A stretch of 32,000 bases of DNA, taken from the NCBI RefSeq assembly GCF_000009705.1, contig NC_003272.1, forward strand, positions 2,280,001-2,312,000. Reading direction: 5' to 3'. Within the stretch, counting starts at the first letter, position 1. Each line of letters begins with the position of its first letter. Position numbers and translations under genes: made by a program. A model generated the notes under the pieces. The model saw only the letters and a list, made by a program, of their open reading frames with translations, was not told the origin of the DNA and searched no databases. This DNA comes from Nostoc sp. PCC 7120 = FACHB-418. Lineage in GTDB: Bacteria; Cyanobacteriota; Cyanobacteriia; Cyanobacteriales; Nostocaceae. This document shows positions 1-8,029 of this stretch, piece by piece.

Positions 1-83
1 GTTTCTGGCAAGTTTTGCTCTTGGTTTTGCGTACCTAAGATCAAATCGCCAGTCTCCCCAAAATTACGCTGTTGCAATGACAT
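1..83 (-). CDS. 5' end of an unidentified ORF that leaves the window to the left
   Basis: ATG at 83..81 on the minus strand opens a frame (MSLQQRNFGETGDLILGTQNQEQNLPE...) with no stop before position 1. It is too short to identify. Confidence 0.2.
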   Translation of the reverse strand, partial: MSLQQRNFGETGDLILGTQNQEQNLPE

Positions 84-574
84 AGGTAATTTTTGATATA
101 ACAGGATTAAGACTTTTAAGAATTTATTTAAGTGTTGCTAAAAGCAACGAGCGATAGACATTACACACAGTGTAATCTGTAGTTCAGCCATCGTCATCCG
201 GCTCTATTCCTGGTTTAGCCTAATTTATAGTCCTCATCCACAAACTACTGTACTTCCAGTAAAAATGTATAGACAATAACCCGGAGGCGATTATTAAGTT
301 AATAGTTATACCAAAATATTAAGCTATTACTTGCTTGACCGACTCTACTCATAGGGGTAGTGTATAAATCATAGTTCCCAATTTTGTAGGTCAGGCAACA
401 CTTTTCAGTAAAAAATATTAACCTCTCATCCCTCGGTCTATTCCCTTTTTCATATTTGGTGGTGTAAGAAGCTTATAGAAACGGCCGGCTGCTAAAAAAT
501 TGTGAAATTACTGCATAAAAATGGAAACCGTTACTGATAAGTACACAGATGGATTAGTTTTTTTCGGAACATCC

Positions 575-659
575 AGATAAAAAATATCCCTAATATAGGG
601 TGCGTCAGTCAGATAAAATCCGGAAATACCACGAAATTATTCATATTTACGCACTCTAC
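575..659. repeat. Copy A (decayed) of an ~85-bp palindromic dispersed element
   Basis: Shares the blocks AGATAAAAAATATCC, TAGGGTGCGTCAGT, GAAATTATTCATA and ACGCAC-CTAC with 11576..11660 in identical spacing. The right inverted-repeat arm is degenerate here. Confidence 0.6.
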
Positions 660-809
660 TAAAAGCTATTTTGGGATAATGTATTTTTTGTGTTCCCTTA
701 CTTAACAGTTGTATTTTCCATTACTTGTGATGAAGTTTTTGTGACTTGGTTGCAATGCTTCTGCCTTGTCAGATTCAATTCCTATGTTTTGCAAGGGGGG
801 TACATCAAT

Positions 810-1046
810 ATGACAGCTTACACATTAAGACAAGCTAATTCTTGGTTCAACATTGGCGCAATATCAAAGTTGGGAACTATATTTGCCGTTCATGATGGTG
901 ATGATCGACCAATCAGCCCCGACCCAAGGGACATTGCAGATGAATTTGACGAAATATTTAACCCATCAGCAAAGCCGAAAAAAAAGGTTGTTAATCCGGA
1001 TGCTGATCCGTCAACATCTCCCGCAATCGACCCTGATTCTGAATAA
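810..1046 (+). CDS. Small acidic Pro/Asp-rich hypothetical protein (78 aa)
   Basis: Internal ATG at 810 of the 690..1046 track ORF, preceded by an AAGGGGGG SD-like run 9 nt upstream. The upstream GTG-started extension is Cys/Phe-rich and unconvincing. No recognisable domain. Confidence 0.35.
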   Translation: MTAYTLRQANSWFNIGAISKLGTIFAVHDGDDRPISPDPRDIADEFDEIFNPSAKPKKKVVNPDADPSTSPAIDPDSE

Positions 1047-1077
1047 TAAACCTATGTAGTTTGCATAAATATCTTTG

Positions 1078-1173
1078 TGAGGAGGTAGGGGGAATAGGGG
1101 GAATCTTTCTGTAATTTTTTTCCTTGCTCCCCCCTCCCCACTTTTGTGCCTCATCTCCCTGTCCCATTCCCTA
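1078..1173. repeat. Paired G-run / C-run low-complexity module upstream of the TPS gene
   Basis: GAGGAGGTAGGGGGAATAGGGGGAAT (1078..1104) is followed by CCTTGCTCCCCCCTCCCCAC...CTCCCTGTCCCATTCCCTA (1122..1173). The arms are partly complementary. Confidence 0.6.
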
Positions 1174-1206
1174 TTTTTCAGCTAGTAAAGACGCTAAATA
1201 ACTGAA

Positions 1207-3624
1207 ATGACTCAAAACGGCAAAGGTAGTTCATGGCAATTGAACTTAGCAATTTCCCTAACATCTGCTGGTGTTATAGGCATAAGTATCGCTTCTTCTG
1301 TTGCTCAATGCGCCTTTGCTCAAAGTGTCATTATTCCTGATCAAACCTTAGGTAATGAAAGGTCTCAGGTGAGTGAAAACTACAATAATAATCCCACCGA
1401 AGCAGTTACAGGAGGATCGGTTCGGGGTAATAACCTATTTCATAGTTTCCAAGAATTTAACGTTAATGAAGGACGTTCAGCACTTTTCGTAGCTCCTAAC
1501 AGTAGCATCCAGAACATTTTTGTCAGAGTTACAGGTAATAATCGCTCTGATATTTTCGGGAAGTTAGAGACTTCTGGTGTCAATGCCAATTTGTTTGTGA
1601 TTAATCCCAATGGGATTTTTTTTGGGCCGAATGCCACACTGAATATAGGTGGTTCTTTCGTGGCGAGTACAGCTAGTGGAATTCAGTTTGGCGATCGCAC
1701 CATTTTTAGCGCCACTTCTCCCCAACCTTTATTAACCATGAGTGTACCTATTGGACTGCAATTTGGCAGAACAGGGGGAGAGATAAATGTGCAAGGGGAA
1801 TTAGCAGTTCCCACAGGCAAAACCCTGGCATTAGTAGGTGGAAATGTAACTCTAGATGGTGGTAATGTTAGCTTTCTCCGGCGTAGGACAATCAAGGCAG
1901 AAAGTGGCCAAATCGCTATGGGGGGAATACTAGGAGTAGGTACAGTAGGAATAAATTTGAATGCTAATAACGACATCAACAACCAAATTTTAAGTTTTTC
2001 TGATGACGCAGTATTAGCTGATGTATTCCTCAACAATCAATCTAGAGTAGATGTCAGTGGTCAAGGTGCTGGCTATATCGAGATTCAAGGTAAGCAAATT
2101 GGACTCTCTCGTGCATCGCAAGTGGTAGCAGACACAGAGGGTAGCCAAAGTAGTCGCGGAATTTTCATCCAGGCAGAAAACTTAACCCTGGCAGACGGCT
2201 CACAGGTAACAGCATCCGTAACTGGTGCTGAGTCTACCGCTTCCGGGGGCAATGTCACAGTCAAGGCAACTGATTCGGTACGAGTGGCCGGAATAGTACC
2301 CAATGGCCTAGAAAATGCAGGTTTTAATACTGGGCTGTTTACTCTAACTCTCGGTAAAGGCCCTGGAGGAAATTTGACGATTGAAGCGGGTAGGTTAATT
2401 GTTGAGGATGGAGGCAACATATCAGCTAGTACCAGAGGAAATGATATTCGGAGTGTTGGCGGCACAATCAAAATAACCGCATCAGAGTTCGTCAAAATAA
2501 GTGGGAATACGAAGGATTCTAGAGAACGTCCCAGTGGTGTGTTTGCTCAGACTTCCGGCGCTGGGAATGCAGGCTCCTTAATAATTAATACTCCAGTTTT
2601 GTTTGTCCAAAATGGTGCAGTCATATCAGCTACAACTCTGGCAAATAGTCAAGGTAATGGGGGAAATATTACAATAAAAGCCTCTGATTTTATAGAAATA
2701 AGCGGAAGTTCGCCAATTGGTCAATTCCCTAGTGGCTTGTTTGCTCGCAGTCGAGGTAGTGGCAATGCAGGTTCTATATTAATTACTACAGGTCAACTTA
2801 ATGTGCGCGATCGCGCTACAGTTACAGTGGACGCATTGGGTACAGGGAATGCTGGCAGAATAGAAATTAATGCCCGCGAAATTCGCCTTGATGGTAAAGC
2901 AAATTTGAATGCTACAACTCGATCAGGTAATGGTGGTGATATCAATTTGCAAATAGATGACCAACTACTTTTACGCCGTGCTAGTTTCATCTCTACTAGA
3001 GCAGGTACTACAAGCGGCAGTGGTAATGGCGGTAATATTCTTATTAATATTCCCAATGGCTTTATCGTTGCCGTTCCTGGTGAAAATAGTGACATTACAG
3101 CTAATGCTTTTAAAGGCCAAGGTGGTAAAGTTAGCATCAATGCCTTTAGCGTTTTTGGCATAGAGTTTCGAGAAAAAGAGAATCCACTCACCAACGACAT
3201 CACCGCTAGTTCTGAATTTGGGCTAAACGGTACAGTCGAAATCGATACCCCAGAAGTTCAACCCGACCAAGGACTAATTAATTTACCAACACAACCTGTT
3301 GAATCCCGGCTAGCCCAAGTCTGTCAAGCGGTTGCAGGACAAAATCAAGACAGTTTTATCATCACCGGGCGTGGTGGTTTGCCAAACAACCCTAATGAAC
3401 TCCTTTATTCTGATGCTGTTCTTACAGATTGGGTATCTGTAAGTAATGTAGAAACAATCCCCAATTCTCCTATCAGCAAAAGCATCTCTACTCCAACCCA
3501 AACTAATATTGTAGAAGCTACGGGATGGGTAATCAGCCCTCAAGGTGAAGTTGTCCTCACTGTGAATACACCCAACACAAAATCACCTAACTCTTGGCAA
3601 AAAACTAGTACTTGTAATTCTTAA
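1207..3624 (+). CDS. Two-partner-secretion (TPS) domain exoprotein, filamentous-haemagglutinin-like (805 aa)
   Basis: Signal-like N-terminus ending AQCAFAQ, then TPS-domain motifs NLFHSFQEFNV and VINPNGIFFG. Long G/N/S/T-rich beta-helix-type repeats follow (GNGGNIT, GNAGS). C-terminal FIITGRGGLPNNP motif. Confidence 0.85.
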   Translation: MTQNGKGSSWQLNLAISLTSAGVIGISIASSVAQCAFAQSVIIPDQTLGNERSQVSENYNNNPTEAVTGGSVRGNNLFHSFQEFNVNEGRSALFVAPNSSIQNIFVRVTGNNRSDIFGKLETSGVNANLFVINPNGIFFGPNATLNIGGSFVASTASGIQFGDRTIFSATSPQPLLTMSVPIGLQFGRTGGEINVQGELAVPTGKTLALVGGNVTLDGGNVSFLRRRTIKAESGQIAMGGILGVGTVGINLNANNDINNQILSFSDDAVLADVFLNNQSRVDVSGQGAGYIEIQGKQIGLSRASQVVADTEGSQSSRGIFIQAENLTLADGSQVTASVTGAESTASGGNVTVKATDSVRVAGIVPNGLENAGFNTGLFTLTLGKGPGGNLTIEAGRLIVEDGGNISASTRGNDIRSVGGTIKITASEFVKISGNTKDSRERPSGVFAQTSGAGNAGSLIINTPVLFVQNGAVISATTLANSQGNGGNITIKASDFIEISGSSPIGQFPSGLFARSRGSGNAGSILITTGQLNVRDRATVTVDALGTGNAGRIEINAREIRLDGKANLNATTRSGNGGDINLQIDDQLLLRRASFISTRAGTTSGSGNGGNILINIPNGFIVAVPGENSDITANAFKGQGGKVSINAFSVFGIEFREKENPLTNDITASSEFGLNGTVEIDTPEVQPDQGLINLPTQPVESRLAQVCQAVAGQNQDSFIITGRGGLPNNPNELLYSDAVLTDWVSVSNVETIPNSPISKSISTPTQTNIVEATGWVISPQGEVVLTVNTPNTKSPNSWQKTSTCNS

Positions 3625-3710
3625 TCTGTATGAGTCTACGGTTAGGCTTACGCCTACGTAATTAAGAAAATCGGATTCCAACTTGGTGAGTTGAGAGAAT
3701 TGATATCAAC

Positions 3711-3731
3711 TGACAAATGACAACTGACACA
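3711..3731. repeat. Heptamer tandem repeat (TGACAAN)x3
   Basis: TGACAAA TGACAAC TGACACA read directly in the spacer after the TPS gene. Confidence 0.6.
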
Positions 3732-3854
3732 TCATTGCAAAATATACTAATAGGTTAAAAAATATGACCCAAAGCTATGTCTATGGGATATTTGCCGTTT
3801 TGAAATTGTTGATATAAACTGAATTCTCGGTTTATATCAAGGATTTATCCAAAA

Positions 3855-4022
3855 ATGACAACTATACAGACTATTTGTCCAAAAGCAGCTAAAAAATCGG
3901 ACAAAAAAAGACAACAATCTTTTATGAGTATGGATATCGGCACTCCTAGAGTACCTTTACGTAAAGCTAAAAAAATTAAACAGGAATATGAGTTGTTAAG
4001 CGACTGGAACCACGCTAGTTAA
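3855..4022 (+). CDS. Possible 55-aa Lys-rich small protein
   Basis: ATG 3855 to TAA 4020..4022 (MTTIQTICPKAAKKSDKKRQQSFMSMDIGTPRVPLRKAKKIKQEYELLSDWNHAS). Below the ORF-track length cutoff, no clear SD, no homology recognised. Confidence 0.2.
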   Translation: MTTIQTICPKAAKKSDKKRQQSFMSMDIGTPRVPLRKAKKIKQEYELLSDWNHAS

Positions 4023-4031
4023 TTGGTGATT

Positions 4032-4604
4032 TCACCTCCACTGACATAGTTGAGATACAGGTGTCATCCGAGGGCGGTTGTATTGATAGAATCCCTCAAG
4101 ATTTAGTAAAGCTTGGCGATAAATAATCCACTGCACAGCATCCTCATGATTGGCAGTACTAATGAAATTACCTTGGCTGAGTGTCAATCGCTCCTCTGAA
4201 TCCCATTTAAATCCAGATGTAGATATATTATTTTGCTCCTCATCAGCCCATAATATAGATAACGCTTCACCTGCAATCAAATTACCTTTGATATTTCCTC
4301 GAATACAGACAAAGTTATCCGAGTGGGGATAGCCATAATAGCCATCAAAGCGATGTCCATTTTTGTGAAAATTGGCACAAACACCTGCACCATCTCGCCA
4401 ATCTTGAGGATCAGGTTGGCTACAAAACTGGTAGTTGCCATCTGCTAAATTTGCAATATTAACTTTTTTCTCTGATACCCAAAAGTGGGAATTTAACTGA
4501 AATAGTCTTTGCGGTTCTTTAACTTGCTGATGAAAAACTAGCCCACTGCTTAACAAAGCGGTAAAGATTACCAGCTTTTGTGTGAGATTGCTTCTGTTTA
4601 GCAT
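4032..4604 (-). CDS. Secreted hypothetical protein (190 aa, signal peptide, 4 Cys)
   Basis: Hydrophobic N-terminal segment LVIFTALLSSGLVF. Clean ORF with cyanobacterial-type codon usage. No domain recognised. Confidence 0.65.
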   Translation of the reverse strand: MLNRSNLTQKLVIFTALLSSGLVFHQQVKEPQRLFQLNSHFWVSEKKVNIANLADGNYQFCSQPDPQDWRDGAGVCANFHKNGHRFDGYYGYPHSDNFVCIRGNIKGNLIAGEALSILWADEEQNNISTSGFKWDSEERLTLSQGNFISTANHEDAVQWIIYRQALLNLEGFYQYNRPRMTPVSQLCQWR

Positions 4605-4668
4605 AATCTCATCCCAACTTCACAGAAATTGGGGCAATAGGGATAATTGAGATGGAGTTGAGTTATTT

Positions 4669-4782
4669 CTAAATGGCGGGAGCTGCGGAAATTATCAATA
4701 GTACAAGCAGCATTAAAACTAGCATACTGATTTTGAAAATCAGGTAAGTATTGGGGTCATATATAGGAAAATCGTGAGTCAT
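4669..4782 (-). CDS. 37-aa single-pass membrane peptide
   Basis: Internal ATG at 4782 of the 63-aa track ORF, preceded by GGAGG 6 nt upstream (plus-strand 4789..4793). MTHDFPIYDPNTYLIFKISMLVLMLLVLLIISAAPAI has one hydrophobic helix. Lies 64 nt upstream of and co-oriented with the 190-aa gene. Confidence 0.4.
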   Translation of the reverse strand: MTHDFPIYDPNTYLIFKISMLVLMLLVLLIISAAPAI

Positions 4783-5207
4783 TGTACACCTCCGTTTGTA
4801 GCTTCTATCAAGTCTGATGAGGTATGGAACAAATTCATAGAAGCAGAATTTAATTGTCAATCTAGCCTCACTGCTTCTATATTTTTATTGTCTCTCAAAG
4901 ATAGATACACGTCTGGGAAGTTAAAGTTTAGGTAACATTTTTTAGTAAGAGTTTAAACTTAGCCTTGAGTAACTTACTGGGGGCTTATCAGTATAGTTAA
5001 ATATTTTTGTGTTATAGAATACTGAATATTAGTAGAGATTCGCTGATTATCACTGATATTATGGGTGAAACGTCTGGAAATTTGAGTGCGCCCATCACAC
5101 CAACAAGAAAGACTGACACAGCCAATTGAATTTGCTTTGTAACTCTGCCTTAATCTATTCTGATCAGAATATGAACAAACATTAAGACAAGTAACACGCG
5201 CAAAGAC

Positions 5208-6455
5208 ATGATACCAATATTAGCCGAAAGCTTAACTGAAATTTTGACTAGAGTAAAGATTGATTCAGTCCTAGTAAATACCTGCTGGCAGTTTGCAATT
5301 TGGGGATTTGTCTCCCTACTACTAGCAGAGATATTGAGAGACAGCTACCATGCCTTGTGTCACCAAGTCAATTGGCTTAGTAAATGGCACAACAAGCATC
5401 ATGCAGCATATCGCCGGGATTTGTCGATAGTTTCGCTCAAAGCTTACCAAGAGTCCCAACTTTATCACGATATTTTAGAATCAAGCCTATTAGTAGTCCT
5501 ATTAACGATAATTGCCTTATTTGTCCAACAAATCGGCTTGTGGCTGGGAGTAGCCTATGCTTGCACATTCTTGTTTGGCGCATCCCTGAGATATTTCCAA
5601 GGAACAATCGACACAGATTATAATCACCTACCAGGCCCATTAGAGGCAATTCCTTCTGTTTGGTGGGTAAATCGGTCTTACCATTGGCGGCACCATTTTG
5701 ATGATGTTGACGCTTATTATAGCGGTGTATTTTCCTTAGTAGATAAGATTTTGGGAACAGGACTATCTCTCAAGGGTAAAACTGTTGCGCTGACTGGTGC
5801 GTCTGGTGCTTTAGGCCAAGCATTGACGGCGCAATTGCTTCAGCAGAATGCAAAAGTTGTGGCCTTAACCACTAATCCAGATAAATTACCAACCGATGGT
5901 AGTTTTAAAGTCATCGCTTGGGAGTTAGGTAATGAAGCCGAACTCAAAGCCAGTTTAGAAAAAGTAGATATTTTGATTATCAACCACGGAATTAATGTTT
6001 ACACCAGTCGCACACCAGAAGCAATTAACTCTTCTTATGAAGTAAATGCTTTTTCTGCATTGCGGCTGATGGATATATTCTTAACCACAGTGAAGGGGCC
6101 ACAAGCAAAAGCAACCAAAGAAATTTGGGTAAATACTTCCGAGGCGGAAGCCTCTCCTGCACTGAGTCCGCTTTATGAACTCAGCAAACGTACATTAGGA
6201 AATCTTGTGACTCTCAAGCGCTTGGATGGGGACTGTATAATTCGCAAATTAATTCTTGGCCCCTTTAAAAGTCAACTCAATCCCTATGGAGTGATGTCAC
6301 CACAGCAAGTAGCTCGTGCAATTTTGTTTTTGGCGCGCCGAGATTTCCGCAATATTATCGTGACGATTAATCCTCTGACTTATGTGTTGTTTCCGTTAAA
6401 AGAAATCAGTACGTGGTTGTACTACAAACTTTTTAGCAAGACGGCTAAAAATTAA
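5208..6455 (+). CDS. Fusion protein: His-box fatty-acid hydroxylase/sterol-desaturase-like membrane domain plus short-chain dehydrogenase/reductase
   Basis: Three His boxes (HALCH, HNKHH, HWRHH) lie in a hydrophobic N-terminal half. The C-terminal half has the Rossmann motif TGASGALGQAL and YELSK (YxxxK). Confidence 0.85.
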   Translation: MIPILAESLTEILTRVKIDSVLVNTCWQFAIWGFVSLLLAEILRDSYHALCHQVNWLSKWHNKHHAAYRRDLSIVSLKAYQESQLYHDILESSLLVVLLTIIALFVQQIGLWLGVAYACTFLFGASLRYFQGTIDTDYNHLPGPLEAIPSVWWVNRSYHWRHHFDDVDAYYSGVFSLVDKILGTGLSLKGKTVALTGASGALGQALTAQLLQQNAKVVALTTNPDKLPTDGSFKVIAWELGNEAELKASLEKVDILIINHGINVYTSRTPEAINSSYEVNAFSALRLMDIFLTTVKGPQAKATKEIWVNTSEAEASPALSPLYELSKRTLGNLVTLKRLDGDCIIRKLILGPFKSQLNPYGVMSPQQVARAILFLARRDFRNIIVTINPLTYVLFPLKEISTWLYYKLFSKTAKN

Positions 6456-6492
6456 AATTTGGCATCTTAATTTTTAACTCATGAGAAACAGG

Positions 6493-6520
6493 AACCCCGA
6501 AATCTTCAAATCGGGGTTTT
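6493..6520 (+). terminator. Rho-independent terminator after the hydroxylase-SDR gene
   Basis: AACCCCGA (6493..6500), 10-nt loop, TCGGGGTT (6511..6518), followed by TT. Confidence 0.7.
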
Positions 6521-6782
6521 GAATGATTCTTAATCAAAAAATAAATTGAATTTAAACAATTCATTCAATTTGGTTATCCGACTCAAATTAATATTGATTA
6601 CAACAGTCAAATAGCTGATGAAGAATTATTTCTCACAATTGAGAATTTTGAAGTAATTCCATAAGTGTGAGGATTGTTTCGTCTTAATTCGTCTTTATGG
6701 TATTTGATAGCAATTTGTTGTAAAGTAATGCAAGCATTAATAGCCATGAGTCAATTGGTAGAATAATTCACCTGAAAATTTT

Positions 6783-7673
6783 ATGGCAGAACCAATTCGC
6801 ATTCTTTTACAAACAACGATCGCCTCAACTGAAGATGACTGGAGTATCTTTCGTTTTTCTCTATTGCAGGATTATTTAAAATCTATTCAAGATAAATCAG
6901 GAAAACCGTTATTTACAGTTTTATCACGTGATCGCTCCTCTGATGCCGACGGGAATGACCCTATTTTAGGGACACTAGACCAGTCAGACTTTGATGAACT
7001 CTGGCTATTTGCTCTAGATACTGGTGATGGTTTAACAGACAAAGATATTGCTGGAATTAACGCTTTCAGAAAACGGGGTGGTGGAATCCTCACAACACGA
7101 GACCATCAAGATATGGGCTGCTCTATGTGCGGTTTAATTGATATTGGTGATGTTCATTATTTTAATACCAAAAACCCAGATCCTGACGATTCACGTTGGA
7201 GCCGTGATGATCCACATACAACGTATATTTCCTGGCCTAACTACCATTCTGGAGCTAATGGAGATTATCAAAAAATCACTCCTGTAGAACCAGTTCATGA
7301 ACTCTTATATAACCCTCATTCACCTTCTGGCTTGATTGAATTTTTCCCATCTCATCCCCATGAAGGTGGTATTGGAGTCAACCCAAATAATTTAAATTCT
7401 CAAGTTATTGCATTAGGAAAGAGTCTAATTACTCACCGCAACTTCAACCTGATTGTCGCAACTGAACACTATACAGACAAAGAGCAAAATCGACTGGGTA
7501 GGGCAATCGCTACTTCCAGTTTTCATCATTTTGTTGATTACAATTGGGACACAGAAAAAGGTTGCCCTTCTTTTGTCGATGAACCGCCAGGAAATGGCAT
7601 GAAGTTAGAACCTCGTGCTTTAGAAGATATTCAAGCTTTTGTACGTAATGCTGCTTTATGGCTAGCCAGATAA
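6783..7673 (+). CDS. Conserved hypothetical protein (296 aa), possibly ThuA/class-I glutamine-amidotransferase-like fold
   Basis: Long clean ORF. The segment FDELWLFALDTGDGL...RKRGGGILTTRDH weakly resembles ThuA-like proteins by eye. The functional call is tentative. Confidence 0.65.
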   Translation: MAEPIRILLQTTIASTEDDWSIFRFSLLQDYLKSIQDKSGKPLFTVLSRDRSSDADGNDPILGTLDQSDFDELWLFALDTGDGLTDKDIAGINAFRKRGGGILTTRDHQDMGCSMCGLIDIGDVHYFNTKNPDPDDSRWSRDDPHTTYISWPNYHSGANGDYQKITPVEPVHELLYNPHSPSGLIEFFPSHPHEGGIGVNPNNLNSQVIALGKSLITHRNFNLIVATEHYTDKEQNRLGRAIATSSFHHFVDYNWDTEKGCPSFVDEPPGNGMKLEPRALEDIQAFVRNAALWLAR

Positions 7674-7740
7674 ATTTTTATTCTTAGCTTTGTAGTAAGC
7701 ACTTTAGTGCTGAAAAAAACTTGAATTTGATGTAACCTCA

Positions 7741-7869
7741 CCCCTAGCGGGTGGCTGAATTAATTGCGGATTGCGTTGGCGTTAGCCTACTCTGCGAGTT
7801 CTCCGCAGGAGTAGCCGGCGGTAGCGTCTCGTAGAGAAGCGGGGCGTTAGTTAGCCCATTGCGAATTGG
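7741..7869. repeat. GC-rich small-dispersed-repeat-like block upstream of nifJ
   Basis: Contains GTAGCGTCTCGTAGAGAAGC (7821..7840), nearly repeated at 12879..12899. Also has an imperfect hairpin CTACTCTGCGAG/CTCCGCAGGAGTAG (7787..7814) and repeated GGCGTTAG and ATTGCG words. Confidence 0.45.
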
Positions 7870-8029
7870 TTTTATGGTGTGTACTGGACAAAGCTATGGG
7901 AATGTCCCTGGCATTTCTTCACAAGTTCCTCAACTTTTGGGCTTAATTTCAAGATAGAAGCTAAGGGCTAAATCTCAGTCAAACTAATAGTTTGATGATT
8001 TAGTGCAGCAACTCTCACAGGCCAGGAAG

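Noticed and set aside
619-624. TCCGGA (the heterocyst-specific DIF-type -35 motif) inside repeat copy A, with CATATT/TATTTA about 17-19 nt downstream.
   Set aside because: A palindromic 6-mer is expected several times by chance in 32 kb, and a second copy sits inside an ORF at 994-999. There is no supporting evidence for a start site. Worth only a glance in dRNA-seq data.
690-1059. The 118-aa version of ORF 690-1046 and the overlapping 853-1059 ORF.
   Set aside because: The 690 start is a GTG with a Cys/Phe-rich, implausible extension. Only the ATG-810 version has an SD-like element. 853-1059 is an alternate frame of the same DNA.
1440-3543. Five track ORFs inside the TPS gene, four antisense and one alternate-frame sense (1440-1637, 1683-2036, 2085-2495, 2793-3203, 3310-3543 minus; 2957-3163 plus).
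   Set aside because: They lie entirely within a long, motif-supported ORF. Repetitive G/N/S/T-rich coding DNA keeps other frames open. Their products are low-complexity with no motifs.
8003-8029. N-terminal extensions given by the ORF track for nifJ (8003), pfkA (13068), the lipoprotein (19416) and the parvulin-like gene (27698).
   Set aside because: All start at GTG/TTG upstream of an ATG that yields the canonical family N-terminus or a proper signal peptide. The pfkA extension lies inside a tandem repeat.
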